NCBI RefSeq assembly: GCF_017348835.2 | Contig: NZ_CP071375.1 | Direction: 5' to 3' (one strand) | Origin: Escherichia coli | GTDB lineage: Bacteria; Pseudomonadota; Gammaproteobacteria; Enterobacterales; Enterobacteriaceae | Length of the DNA: 64,000 bases | Shown here: piece after piece, positions 29,445-39,547 of the stretch | How the letters are laid out: every line of letters begins with the position of its first letter | Position numbering within the stretch: position 1 is the first letter of the stretch | The notes under the pieces: model-generated | Database searches by the model: none | What the model was told of the DNA's origin: nothing | Seen by the model: only the letters and a program-made list of their open reading frames with translations | Program-made: the position numbers and the translations under genes

Positions 29445-30473
29445 TCAGTGCGCCAGGTAGTGTTCTGGTTCGAAAATCATGCCCGTCACCGGGTTGTCGT
29501 GCATGGCTTTACCCGCCCATGCGGTCCAACCCAGTTGGTACGGACCACCGGTAACAGCCGGAGGGGCGGCGTGGGGCTTTAGCTGTAGCTCAATTTCCCA
29601 GCAGTATTCAAAACCACTAAAGGCGCGGACCAGTTCGGTCAGGACAGGCAGGTTATTGCCGCCAGGCAGAAAACGTCGGTAATCCTCCAGCGTCAGCGGG
29701 CCGATAACCAGCCGGAACTTATACTGCATGTCCGGCACGGCCTGGCCGATAAGTGCACCATTGCCAATAACGGAAGAGGGGGCAGGCATCCCCAGCCGGG
29801 TTATCTCATCGTCCGCCACGGTTATCCAGTGCAGCACATACTCTTGTATCCGGAAAGATACACCGAAATAGTGCGCCAGCGTGGTGGCCAGACCGTCCGG
29901 ATTGCGGGACTCACGCACCAGATGGGCCGATGCCGCCAGACGAGCGTGATCCGGCAACGGGCTGTCGGCACTCTCCCGCAAATCCTGCCCGCTGAGGCTG
30001 GCGACATAAAAGGCAAAGCGGTCATGTTGCGGTTTATCCAGACCGCCCCCGGCGGACTGGGCGCTGCGCCATGCCTGGTAAAACTGCGTCAGCCAGCGGT
30101 GATGAAAAAGATCAGAAAAACGGGTTAGCGTCGGGTCTCTTCGGCTTTCAGTCCGGTTGCGCGCCAGTTCGCTGTAGTGCAGCGGCAGTGGACCGTTCGG
30201 CCCCCACAGCCCGAGACTGTACAAACTGATGTGCAAGCGCTCTTCCTGCCAGCTCACACTGGCGATTTCCCGTGGCGCAAAGGTCAGCGCGGGCGTTTGT
30301 CCGAGGCGAAATTTTTCTATCCGTGGTTGCCAGGTGTTGCCCGCCGGAACGCGACACAACTGCACATCAACGCGGCGCATCAGGTTCAGAAAACCGTAAC
30401 GCCAGGGGGTTTCCTGCGCCTGAGTGAAATCGTTGCTCATACGCTTCCCCGCTGTCCCGCCCTGACAGGCCAA
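29445..30473 (-). CDS. tssG: T6SS baseplate protein TssG
   Basis: 342 aa ORF immediately downstream of tssF with overlap; size and position typical of TssG. Confidence 0.55.
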   Translation of the reverse strand: MACQGGTAGKRMSNDFTQAQETPWRYGFLNLMRRVDVQLCRVPAGNTWQPRIEKFRLGQTPALTFAPREIASVSWQEERLHISLYSLGLWGPNGPLPLHYSELARNRTESRRDPTLTRFSDLFHHRWLTQFYQAWRSAQSAGGGLDKPQHDRFAFYVASLSGQDLRESADSPLPDHARLAASAHLVRESRNPDGLATTLAHYFGVSFRIQEYVLHWITVADDEITRLGMPAPSSVIGNGALIGQAVPDMQYKFRLVIGPLTLEDYRRFLPGGNNLPVLTELVRAFSGFEYCWEIELQLKPHAAPPAVTGGPYQLGWTAWAGKAMHDNPVTGMIFEPEHYLAH

Positions 30474-32320
30474 GTCATAATTTTACCGCGCTGCATGCTG
30501 TGCAGCGTCATCTGCGAGAAGGTATTAATGGAAACATGGCGGGCGATATAGTGTTCCAGCACCAGGCCGAACAGATACGGACTGATGCCGGAAAAACCTT
30601 CTTCATCCACCGTCAGTTCACAACTGACGCCACGCCCATAGGCCAGTAGTCCGGAACCGGGCAGACGGCGGGTGACCGGGGTCGTTTTACAACCAATCAG
30701 GCTGCGCACCTGGCGCGATTGCGGACTGTCATGAGCAGGAATAAACAGGTTCAGCAGATCTCGCAACGCCTGGCCGCCGGTACGGTGATCCAGATCGGCC
30801 AGCGGCAGATAATTAAAAGATAACTGGCGGATCAACCGCCATGCCATCTCACGTTCAGCCAGCGGGGGCTGCGGCGAGCGTGGCGGGCGGATAAGCCCTA
30901 CGCCCGCCACCGGGATGGCCGCATCCACGGTTAGATCGTCCCGGCCATTGCGGGCAATAAGACAGGGCAGATCGCGGTTAGTGACCATGGCCGTGATGGT
31001 GATGTGGCGCAGATTTTCCGGGTACGGCGCTTCATACTGGTCAACCAGCGACAGGAACACTTCCGAGCCCGTATAGGGGGTACGGGTGCCGTAACGGCGG
31101 GCGTTTTCTGATAAGCGGCGGGGCTCCCGGTGCAGGGAAAAATAACGTCCGTGATTGCCTTCATCATTATTGCGGGTGTGGTAGAGCGGGCGAAAGGCCA
31201 TCTTCCGTGTGGTGTCGGTTTCCAGCCCTTCCACTTCCTGGACCGAGAACACCTCATAATCCAGCGGATGGGTTCTGTCCACCACCAGATGCTGTTCCGT
31301 CGTGCTGTGCGTGACATCGATCCGGGCGGTGACGCGGGGAAACAGGTTGATAACCGGGGTACAGAACAGGCTGAACTGTGCCGCATTTGTCTGGTGGATC
31401 AGCCAGTCCGGCGGCAGGCGGTTCAGCAGGATAACAATCTCCGCCACGCCACCGTCAATTTTCTGTAATCCGGCAGACAGGCCTGTCGGGGTGAAAAAAT
31501 AGAAGCGTTCCGGACAGGCAAAATATTCATGCAGCAGGTTATGACCGTGAAACACGTTCCACGCCAGCGGCAGCAGCCCCTGATCCGGCTCCAGGCCTTC
31601 GTACATAACGGGCTGTTGCAGATTCACATCCAGCGCGCCGTCAAAATGTCCCGGAATGCCAGCCAGGGTCGCGATGGCGCTGGTATGTAGAAGTTCTAAC
31701 AGGTGTGAGGCCGTACGCTCCTCGCCGCAGAGATAAAACGGCAGCCTATCCAGTCCTGCAAGCTGACTGAACGTTAGTTCACCAAAGGTGCGCAGGGTAA
31801 TACGCAGCGCCCCGGCGACGTGAATGTTGGCCGGCAGGTAGCGATGCAGGGCAGGCATATCCGGTGGCGCGGCGGTCAGTCGCGCCTCTTCGATGGCGAG
31901 CGGCCACAGCGTTACATCCTGGCTGCTGCGAAACTGGCAGGCAGTGCTTTCGCCTTCCGGAATGGCGGAGAAAAAGGCCGTGTCGCGCGGGACGGTAAAT
32001 CCTTTCGCCAGATCGCCTTCTTCCGTATCGGGATGCAACTGCGCCACGCTCATTGAGGGCGTGGGTGTGACGTAATTGGGGCTGACCACTTCCAGCAGGC
32101 GCTGGGTGAAACGGGGGAATTCAGCGTCAATTTTTAGCTGCGTGCGGGCGGTCAGGAAGCTGAAGGCCTCGACCATTCGCTCTACATACGGATCGGCAAT
32201 ATCCGTTCCCTGCATGCCCAGCCGGGCGGCGACTTTGGGATGACGGGCGGCAAATTCGGCTCCCGTTTCCCGCAGATAGCTTAGTTCGCGGTTGTAGTAT
32301 TCCAGTAGCCGTGGATCCAT
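30437..32320 (-). CDS. tssF: T6SS baseplate protein TssF
   Basis: 627 aa; N-terminus [36 protein letters not shown] matches the TssF (ImpG/VasA) N-terminal signature as recalled. Confidence 0.75.
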   Translation of the reverse strand: MDPRLLEYYNRELSYLRETGAEFAARHPKVAARLGMQGTDIADPYVERMVEAFSFLTARTQLKIDAEFPRFTQRLLEVVSPNYVTPTPSMSVAQLHPDTEEGDLAKGFTVPRDTAFFSAIPEGESTACQFRSSQDVTLWPLAIEEARLTAAPPDMPALHRYLPANIHVAGALRITLRTFGELTFSQLAGLDRLPFYLCGEERTASHLLELLHTSAIATLAGIPGHFDGALDVNLQQPVMYEGLEPDQGLLPLAWNVFHGHNLLHEYFACPERFYFFTPTGLSAGLQKIDGGVAEIVILLNRLPPDWLIHQTNAAQFSLFCTPVINLFPRVTARIDVTHSTTEQHLVVDRTHPLDYEVFSVQEVEGLETDTTRKMAFRPLYHTRNNDEGNHGRYFSLHREPRRLSENARRYGTRTPYTGSEVFLSLVDQYEAPYPENLRHITITAMVTNRDLPCLIARNGRDDLTVDAAIPVAGVGLIRPPRSPQPPLAEREMAWRLIRQLSFNYLPLADLDHRTGGQALRDLLNLFIPAHDSPQSRQVRSLIGCKTTPVTRRLPGSGLLAYGRGVSCELTVDEEGFSGISPYLFGLVLEHYIARHVSINTFSQMTLHSMQRGKIMTWPVRAGQRGSV

Positions 32321-32425
32321 CGGTCTCTCTCTGAATTAAAAAAACGTAATGCGGCTCTGCTCCATATCCAGCGCGCTACGTACGCGGGTTCAGCCGTAAC
32401 CGATGTATCTGGTGCCGCCGAGGAG

Positions 32426-34591
32426 ATGGCAGAACAGGCAGCGGCGGACCTGTTTGGTGCGTTGCCGGAACCGTCAGGTCTGGTTAAAGCCGCAGTAGCT
32501 GCTGCGCAGGCTGCCGCTGCAGCAGCAGGGATCCCGGATATGGCTGGTGCAGTTCAGGATGCGGCGGCGTCGATTGCTGCCGGTGGACCGGGGGCGCATA
32601 ACGTCACAGTAAGTGGTAGTGCGGTGCCGCCGCAGCTGCTTTTGTTTGCAGGCATGAATGGTTCGGAAGGGCTTGGAAACCTGTTTTCCTACACAGTACA
32701 GCTTAAAACCCCGGATACCCTGAACCTCGGATATGTCTCCCCCGCAGCCAACCTGCCGCTCAAGCCGATGGTGGGCAAAGACCTGTGCGTCAGTATCGAA
32801 CTGGACGGCGGCGGCAAACGGCATATCAGCGGGCTGGTGACAGCGGCGCGGGTGGTGGGCTATGAGGGCCGCTCGGTAACGTATGAATTACGCCTTGAGC
32901 CGTGGCTGAAACTGCTGACCCATACCAGCGACTACAAAGCGTTCCAGAATAAAACCGTGGTGGATATTCTCGATGAAGTACTGGATGAATATTCCTTTCC
33001 GGTGGAAAAGCGGCTGGTGGAAAATTATCCACCCCGCGCCTGGCAGGTGCAGTATGGTGAAACCGACTTCGATTTCATCCAGCGCCTGATGCAGGAATGG
33101 GGGATTTACTGGTGGTTTGAGCACAGCGAGAACAGCCACACGCTGGTGCTGGCGGATGCCATCAATGGTCATAAAGCGTGCCCTGACTCGCCGCTGGTGG
33201 AGTGGCACCAGGAAGGGCTGAAACTGGACAAGGAATTTATCCACACCATTACGGCCAGTGAGAGGCTGCGTACTGGAAAGTGGGTGATGGACGATTTTGA
33301 TTTTATGAAGCCTCGTTCGCTGCTTAAAAGTACCGTGGCTAGTCCGCGTGATACCGGTCATGCTGAATACGAGCATTATGAATGGCCTGGTGATTACTTC
33401 ACTACGGGCGAAGGCGAGATGCTGACGCGCATTCGTATGGAAGCGCAGCGCAGCCCCGGCAGCCGGGCACATGGGGCAGGTCATATCCGCACCCTCATGA
33501 CGGGTTACACCTTTACGCTGATGAATCATCCAACGGCAGAGGTCAACCAGGAATACCTACTGGTACAGACCACGCTGTTTTTACGGGATAATGCGCAGCA
33601 CAGCGGTCAGGAGCAGCATTTTACCTATGTCACCACGTTTGAACTGCACCCCACCAGCGAAGTTTACCGCCCACAGCGAACCCTAAGCAAACCCCACACC
33701 AAAGGCCCGCAGAGCGCCATCGTCACCGGCCCGGCAGGGCAGGAAATCTGGACGGATAAATATGGCCGGGTGAAGGTGCAGTTTGGCTGGGACCGTTACC
33801 TGTACGATGCGGAACAGCCGTACACGCCGGTGGCCGCCATCACGGGGCGCGGAGAGAGCCGGAAAATCTGGTATTACCACACGGACCTGACGGGCACGGT
33901 ACAGGAGGTGACCGCGCCGGACGGGACGCTGGTGTGGGCGGGCTATCAGGCGGGATTTGGTGAAAACCGGGGCGACATCAGCAACAGCGGGGCGTACTTT
34001 GAGCAGCCGCTGCGGCTGCCGGGGCAGTATTATGATGAAGAGACGGGGCTGCACTATAATCTGTTCAGATATTATGCGCCGGAGTGCGGGAGGTTTATCA
34101 GTCAGGATCCGATTTCGATCCGTGGGGGGCTGAATCTTTACCGGTATGCGCCTAATCCGCTGAGATGGATTGATCCGCTTGGATTAGACTGGAATTATCA
34201 TTTAACAGATAGTGATGGTAAGGTTTATTATCATGGACGTGCAAGTGATAATGCGTCAATGGAAGATGTTGCCCGTCGTCACAGCAATACAACAGGAGCT
34301 GATAAGGCAAGATTTGGAGAAACAGATACCATGACACGAATAACTGAGCCGGGTACGCCAAAATTAACAGCACAAGGTGTGGAAGGTATTGCCATAGGTG
34401 ATAATACTATCGGGCGAAGAGCTGATAACGGTAATAGGGGTCGGGGTAATAATATTCGGGGTGTTAATCCCAATGCAACCAATGCTACTGAAAAACTAAA
34501 TGCGGGTAAAGAATTTTTAAATGGACGAATACCAAGTGAAATGACTGGTGAAACATTGACAGGTAAGGAGTATTTTGAATCAAAATGTTAA
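32426..34591 (+). CDS. Chimeric protein: VgrG N-terminal (gp27-like) region fused in frame to an Rhs C-terminal core segment and a C-terminal toxin domain
   Basis: VgrG-like up to KVQFGWDR, then [21 protein letters not shown]...[27 protein letters not shown], which is nearly identical to 38200-38586 in the downstream Rhs; then an AT-rich unique tail. Confidence 0.7.
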   Translation: MAEQAAADLFGALPEPSGLVKAAVAAAQAAAAAAGIPDMAGAVQDAAASIAAGGPGAHNVTVSGSAVPPQLLLFAGMNGSEGLGNLFSYTVQLKTPDTLNLGYVSPAANLPLKPMVGKDLCVSIELDGGGKRHISGLVTAARVVGYEGRSVTYELRLEPWLKLLTHTSDYKAFQNKTVVDILDEVLDEYSFPVEKRLVENYPPRAWQVQYGETDFDFIQRLMQEWGIYWWFEHSENSHTLVLADAINGHKACPDSPLVEWHQEGLKLDKEFIHTITASERLRTGKWVMDDFDFMKPRSLLKSTVASPRDTGHAEYEHYEWPGDYFTTGEGEMLTRIRMEAQRSPGSRAHGAGHIRTLMTGYTFTLMNHPTAEVNQEYLLVQTTLFLRDNAQHSGQEQHFTYVTTFELHPTSEVYRPQRTLSKPHTKGPQSAIVTGPAGQEIWTDKYGRVKVQFGWDRYLYDAEQPYTPVAAITGRGESRKIWYYHTDLTGTVQEVTAPDGTLVWAGYQAGFGENRGDISNSGAYFEQPLRLPGQYYDEETGLHYNLFRYYAPECGRFISQDPISIRGGLNLYRYAPNPLRWIDPLGLDWNYHLTDSDGKVYYHGRASDNASMEDVARRHSNTTGADKARFGETDTMTRITEPGTPKLTAQGVEGIAIGDNTIGRRADNGNRGRGNNIRGVNPNATNATEKLNAGKEFLNGRIPSEMTGETLTGKEYFESKC
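33795..34185 (+). repeat. Rhs 3' core segment, copy inside the VgrG chimera
   Basis: Near-identical nucleotide sequence to the Rhs core 3' ends at 38200-38586, 40930-41319 and 43520-43907. Confidence 0.8.
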
Positions 34592-35463
34592 AATTAACCG
34601 ATGTAAATAAAAATGCATTAAGAATACTTAAAAAATATAACGTGCTGGCAGAAGGTGACATAATAAGAGGTCATCCATTAAGTGAGCGGGATTTGAAATA
34701 TGTTGAGGCGCATTGTATTACAACTGAAGAACGAGCCTTTTTAAATGAAAAAGGTTTGGGGTTCGGATTTATTTCTGTGACTCATGATGAAGCATTAAGA
34801 GATTCGTTTACATATTTTAAATCTTCTAATAAAAATGATGTGACAGCTTCTTTTCTGGTGAGCCTGAGTAGTGCCAGATTAGACTACAGAAGTGGATTGT
34901 CTGCATTTGCAATTATGCAAACAATGCCGATGCATGGCTTTGAACCAAATCAGGCTTCTTTTTGTAAAGTATGTTCCGCAGAAAAATATAAAAAGCATTT
35001 TGATCTAACCAGCTTAAATCAGACTCGTTTCTTTAGTGGTTCTCTAGCAGTCTTTAAAACTCCTTATGAAATTTCTTTTTTTCTGGAGCAACAATCAAAA
35101 TTGGAAGTCGTTCAGCCAACCGAAAAAGATTTCTCTATCTTTAATGCGATTTTGAAAATAATTGTTGACGCAGAATCTGGCGAAAAACTGACATCAATAA
35201 TTAAAAAAATTAGAGCGATTGATGGCTTCAGGATAACTACAGATCAGTGTCGATGTCTTCTGGAAACGCTGGGATTTTGTGGGATTCTGGAAACGAAGGA
35301 ACACAAAGGGTATCTGACTTACTTTACTAATCCTGGACTGGCTCCGAGTAAATCTCATAGTTCTAACTGGGCCTATCCGGTTGATTTCTGGACCGGAGGG
35401 GATGGAATAAATCGCGAAGCGTTAAAATTCTGGTTTGGTGAATATAAAGAAATTGTTATCTGA
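34585..35463 (+). CDS. Putative immunity protein for the chimera's C-terminal toxin
   Basis: 292 aa AT-rich ORF; start overlaps the toxin stop (ATGTTAA), which suggests translational coupling. Confidence 0.45.
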   Translation: MLKLTDVNKNALRILKKYNVLAEGDIIRGHPLSERDLKYVEAHCITTEERAFLNEKGLGFGFISVTHDEALRDSFTYFKSSNKNDVTASFLVSLSSARLDYRSGLSAFAIMQTMPMHGFEPNQASFCKVCSAEKYKKHFDLTSLNQTRFFSGSLAVFKTPYEISFFLEQQSKLEVVQPTEKDFSIFNAILKIIVDAESGEKLTSIIKKIRAIDGFRITTDQCRCLLETLGFCGILETKEHKGYLTYFTNPGLAPSKSHSSNWAYPVDFWTGGDGINREALKFWFGEYKEIVI

Positions 35464-35557
35464 TTAATTATTTTATAAATTTTTAATCGAGGGACGGATG
35501 GAAATCAATGCCGGATCCCCACCAGTACTAACAGGCGAAAATCCGGGAGAACTGATC

Positions 35558-35887
35558 TTACGGTTGAATAAGATCGTCAATAAACACCGCACCGTCAACG
35601 GTACGCAACCAGCGTGGCGCTTTCAGTTTTGCCGCAAAGAACCAGACCAGTTCACAAAGCAGCCCCGTCAGGGGTTGTTCCATTTTAGATCCCTGCGCCT
35701 GTTCCGTCAGGAGCTGGAGTAATACCTCGCAATATTCACACAATTGCTCAGGATCCAGGTCAAAGTGCGGAAATGAGGCAGGCAGGTCGTCGAGTGTCAG
35801 GCTGTCTACCAGATGGGGTGGAATAGGATCGTTCAGCGTGGGAGACAGAATGGCGATACAGGCGCGAAGTCGTCCGAACAACGCCAT
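35558..35887 (-). CDS. Hypothetical protein, possibly the distal part of a frameshifted gene that starts near 36021
   Basis: 109 aa ORF; upstream on the same strand a 36-codon ORF with RBS ggaggt ends in a stop just before it. Confidence 0.2.
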   Translation of the reverse strand: MALFGRLRACIAILSPTLNDPIPPHLVDSLTLDDLPASFPHFDLDPEQLCEYCEVLLQLLTEQAQGSKMEQPLTGLLCELVWFFAAKLKAPRWLRTVDGAVFIDDLIQP

Positions 35888-36097
35888 TTTCAGCGCCGGA
35901 TCGTGACACTCTATAAGGGTTCAGCGAAGCGATCGCAGTGATCGGCCAGGTCTGTGAAATCGGTGGCAGAACTGAAAGGAATGGACAATAAATCATAATC
36001 AGGGGTGAGGACTGTAGCCATAAGGCAACCTCCGATAAGTAGGCGTTAAAACCACCACCGAAGAGACCAATCTTACGGGTGGTGGAACCGGGCGGAG

Positions 36098-38932
36098 TTG
36101 GTCTTACCGGCCTTATCGGATACCGGCGCATCTTTCGATGCCACCGCCCGGCCCACCATTGAGGTACAGCCGTGCGTGCAACACAAAAAAGACGCTGGCG
36201 CGTCATGTGTCGCCGATAAGACTTATTCAGGAGACCAATCCCGACGCCTGATTTTGCAGACGCGGCATAACGATACAACGATCGCGAAATGGCGACAAAC
36301 CCCTTTCCCGGAAGGCGGCTCGCAAAATCAGAAATATCACAGGGAAAGACAGAGCGCCGCAACGCGGCGGGATGTACCGCTTCACGTACAACGAAAACCA
36401 TTTTCCGGTAGCGGTGGAACTCCCCGGCGAACGCAGGTAACGCTGGAATACGACACCCTGAGCCGGGTGGTGAAAGAGACGGACCCGGCAGGCCGGGTGA
36501 CACAGACGCAGTGGAACGGCAGTTTTGCTGAAATCACGCGCCGGGCACTGGATGACGACCACGTATGGAAGGCGGATTACAACGAACACGGCCAGGTGAT
36601 ACGGGAGACGGACCCGGAAGGGCGCGTCACGCGCTACGGGTATGATGAACAGGGGCTGGCGGTCAGCCGCACGGATGCGCGGGGCGGCGAGGCTGCGCTG
36701 GCGCATGATGCGCGCGGCCAGCTGAGGCGTTACACCGACTGTTCAGGGCGTGCCACGGGTTATGAATACGATGAAGACGGCAACCTGACGGTGGTGACGG
36801 ACGCGGAGGGGAAAACGGTACGTATCCGCTATAACCGTCTGGGACTGCCGGAGACGGTAAATCATCCCGGTAAACAGCAGGACCGTTACACGTGGAACGC
36901 GCTGGGGTTACTGAGCAGCCACCGTCGCATCACAGGCAGTGTGCAGTCCTGGCAGTATACGCCGCGCGGTCTGCTGGCGCTCCACGTAGATGAAGAGAAA
37001 CGGGAGACGCGCTGGCATTATACCGCGGAGGGATGGATTGCCAGTCTGAGCAACGGCAACGGAGCGCTTTACCGGTTCAGTCACGATGCGGACGGACGGC
37101 TGACGGGAGAACAGCGCCCGGACGGTCTGATACGGATGTTTGTGCTGAATGCGGGCGGGTATCCGGTCATCATCCAGACGCAGGGTACAGAAGGCGGGGG
37201 GCGCAATGAACAGCAGGAGCGTGACGCGCTGGGCCGCCTGCTGCGCAGTGACACGCAGCACAGTACACGGACCTTCAGCTACAACCGTCTTGACCAGATA
37301 ACGGAAGTGACGCTCACCCCGACGAAAGAAGGGGAACGGCTGCACCACATGCAGGCGGACACGGTGCGCTTTGCGTATGACCGCAGCGGCTGGCTGACGG
37401 CAGAGCACAGCGTGCACGGCAGCATAAAATATCAGCGTGACGCGCTGGGCAATCCCACCGATATCACGTTGCCGGACGGGCAGCATCTCAGTCATCTTTA
37501 CTACGGCAGCGGACATCTGCTCCAGACGGCACTGGACGGTATCACGGTCAGCGAATATGAGCGTGACAGTCTGCACCGTCAGGTGATGCGCACGCAGGGG
37601 AAACTGGCGACGTTCAGCGGCTACAACGCCGACAACCGGTTAAGCTGGCAGCGCAGTCTGCCAGGTGGCAGCCAGAATCCACAGCAGACCGGTAACCCCC
37701 CGGCGCAGAACGACAGCGTGACGGCGCGGGACTATATCTGGAATGCGGACGGTGAGGTCGGCGGCATCAATGACAAACTGCGCGGTTGCCTGGTGTTCAG
37801 CTATGACCGCAGCGGCTGGCTGACCAGTCGCACGGGTCAGATGTACGACCATGACCATTATTATTACGACAAAGCGGGCAACCTGCTGACGGACGAGTAT
37901 CAGAGCGCGGTGATGGATAACCGCCTGCCGGGCTACGGGCGTGACCGTTACCGCTATAACGAATGGGGCGAACTGACAGAGCGCAGGGACCAGCAACTGG
38001 AGTGGAATGCGCAGGGCCAGTTAACGCGGGTCATCAGCAGCAACAGCGAGACGCGGTATCAGTATGATGCGCTGGGCAGGCGTATCAGCAAGGCGACCAG
38101 CAATCTCCATACCGACCGGGGAGAACGAAGCCGGACAACGTTTGTGTGGGAAGGGGTCCGGCTGTTGCAGGAGACAACGTGGCAGGGAAAGCGGACGTAC
38201 CTGTACGACGCGGAACAGCCGTACACGCCGGTGGCCGCCATCACCGGGCGCGGAGAGAGCCGGAAAATCTGGTATTACCACACGGACCTGACGGGCACGG
38301 TACAGGAGGTGACCGCGGCGGACGGGACGCTGGTGTGGGCGGGCTATCAGGCGGGGTTCGGAGAAAACCGGGGCGACATCAGCAACAGCGGGGCGTATTT
38401 TGAACAGCCGCTGCGGCTGCCGGGGCAGTATTATGATGAAGAGACGGGGCTGCACTATAATCTGTTCAGATATTATGCGCCGGAGTGCGGGAGGTTCGTA
38501 AGCCAGGATCCGATTTCGATCCGGGGTGGTCTGAATCTTTACCGGTATGCGCCGAATCCGATTACTTGGATCGATCCGTGGGGATTGGCAAAGGGGGATT
38601 ATGGTAAAATGCCTACGTTCCCTGGTTGGCAGAAACATCATAATATTCCACAAAATATGGCTACTCATTCGGCAATTGTTGACTCTGGATTTGATATACA
38701 TAATAGTCGTAACATTACAACCTTGCCAAAAACTGGAAGTATAGATACTGCCAGAACAGTGCACAGTGGAATGCACACAGGAGATTATGACAGGATGGTA
38801 AAAAATGCTTTAGATCAAATTGACTCGTTGAATGCTTCCCCTGAGATCAAAAAAATGCATATAGAAGCCTTATCTGATGATATTGGCAATAAATTGAGAA
38901 CAAAACAAATTACGTTAAATGCTGCATGTTGA
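36098..38932 (+). CDS. Rhs / YD-repeat protein, 5'-truncated and frameshifted near 36425, with a C-terminal toxin domain after DPWGL
   Basis: YD repeats (RYxYD, YxYDxxG); frame switch at gaacgcaggtaacgctg; core ends ...NPITWIDPWGL, followed by an AT-rich tip. Confidence 0.7.
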   Translation: MVLPALSDTGASFDATARPTIEVQPCVQHKKDAGASCVADKTYSGDQSRRLILQTRHNDTTIAKWRQTPFPEGGSQNQKYHRERQSAATRRDVPLHVQRKPFSGSGGTPRRTQVTLEYDTLSRVVKETDPAGRVTQTQWNGSFAEITRRALDDDHVWKADYNEHGQVIRETDPEGRVTRYGYDEQGLAVSRTDARGGEAALAHDARGQLRRYTDCSGRATGYEYDEDGNLTVVTDAEGKTVRIRYNRLGLPETVNHPGKQQDRYTWNALGLLSSHRRITGSVQSWQYTPRGLLALHVDEEKRETRWHYTAEGWIASLSNGNGALYRFSHDADGRLTGEQRPDGLIRMFVLNAGGYPVIIQTQGTEGGGRNEQQERDALGRLLRSDTQHSTRTFSYNRLDQITEVTLTPTKEGERLHHMQADTVRFAYDRSGWLTAEHSVHGSIKYQRDALGNPTDITLPDGQHLSHLYYGSGHLLQTALDGITVSEYERDSLHRQVMRTQGKLATFSGYNADNRLSWQRSLPGGSQNPQQTGNPPAQNDSVTARDYIWNADGEVGGINDKLRGCLVFSYDRSGWLTSRTGQMYDHDHYYYDKAGNLLTDEYQSAVMDNRLPGYGRDRYRYNEWGELTERRDQQLEWNAQGQLTRVISSNSETRYQYDALGRRISKATSNLHTDRGERSRTTFVWEGVRLLQETTWQGKRTYLYDAEQPYTPVAAITGRGESRKIWYYHTDLTGTVQEVTAADGTLVWAGYQAGFGENRGDISNSGAYFEQPLRLPGQYYDEETGLHYNLFRYYAPECGRFVSQDPISIRGGLNLYRYAPNPITWIDPWGLAKGDYGKMPTFPGWQKHHNIPQNMATHSAIVDSGFDIHNSRNITTLPKTGSIDTARTVHSGMHTGDYDRMVKNALDQIDSLNASPEIKKMHIEALSDDIGNKLRTKQITLNAAC
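36848..38586 (+). repeat. Rhs conserved core repeat, copy 1
   Basis: About 1.7 kb, near-identical to 39583-41319; 3' part near-identical to 42465-43907. Confidence 0.85.
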
Positions 38933-38947
38933 ATAACGAGGGAATAT

Positions 38948-39538
38948 ATGATTTATTTTTTATCTGATAAAAAAAATACCTTCGGGTTGTTGCATTATGA
39001 TCATAAAACTTCGATCGACTACACAGTATTTAATGAGGGGGTTAGCATAACAGGAATAGACATTAATATTAAATATACATCAAACAATAAAAATGATTTA
39101 AAACGGCTCGAAAAGTGTAACATTATAGAAACGACAGGTCCGACATTGATAAATAATAAGATTAGACATGTTTTTGAAAAATATGCAAGCAATGCGGTTG
39201 AATTTTTTGATGTAGACATTAACGATGATATAGATTTATCAAGGAAGTTTTGTGCGATTAATTTATTATGGGTCTTACCATGTTGTGATATGGAAAAGAG
39301 TGAATTTACATTAAGTAATTTCGATCTTGCCAATCCTAACTATATGTTTATGTATAAAGTTCTAAAAAATGATATTAATAGAGAGGTGGATATATTTCGG
39401 TGTAAGGAGCAGCATACTGAAATTGTTGTAAGTGAAGGAGTTAAGCAAGCATGTATGGACGCGGGAATTAAAGGATTGCGTTTTTGTACGGCTATTGATT
39501 TAACTCCAAAAAATAGATCTGAGTGTGTATTTATTTAA
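38948..39538 (+). CDS. Putative immunity protein for the toxin tip of the Rhs at 36098-38932
   Basis: 196 aa AT-rich ORF immediately after the toxin. Confidence 0.45.
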   Translation: MIYFLSDKKNTFGLLHYDHKTSIDYTVFNEGVSITGIDINIKYTSNNKNDLKRLEKCNIIETTGPTLINNKIRHVFEKYASNAVEFFDVDINDDIDLSRKFCAINLLWVLPCCDMEKSEFTLSNFDLANPNYMFMYKVLKNDINREVDIFRCKEQHTEIVVSEGVKQACMDAGIKGLRFCTAIDLTPKNRSECVFI

Positions 39539-39547
39539 TATATATGT

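Noticed and set aside
28600-29554. Plus-strand ORFs 28600..28980, 28668..28970, 29030..29554 and 29118..29438
   Set aside because: Antisense to the TssA-family gene in GC-rich DNA; Ala/Arg-rich low-complexity translations
36227-38776. Long minus-strand ORFs inside the Rhs genes (36227..36706, 36908..37576, 37640..37996, 38021..38776), with repeated counterparts at 39641..41188 and 42434..43774
   Set aside because: They are antisense to GC-rich YD-repeat coding sequence, where stop codons are rare. They recur only because the underlying DNA is repeated, not because they are conserved genes.
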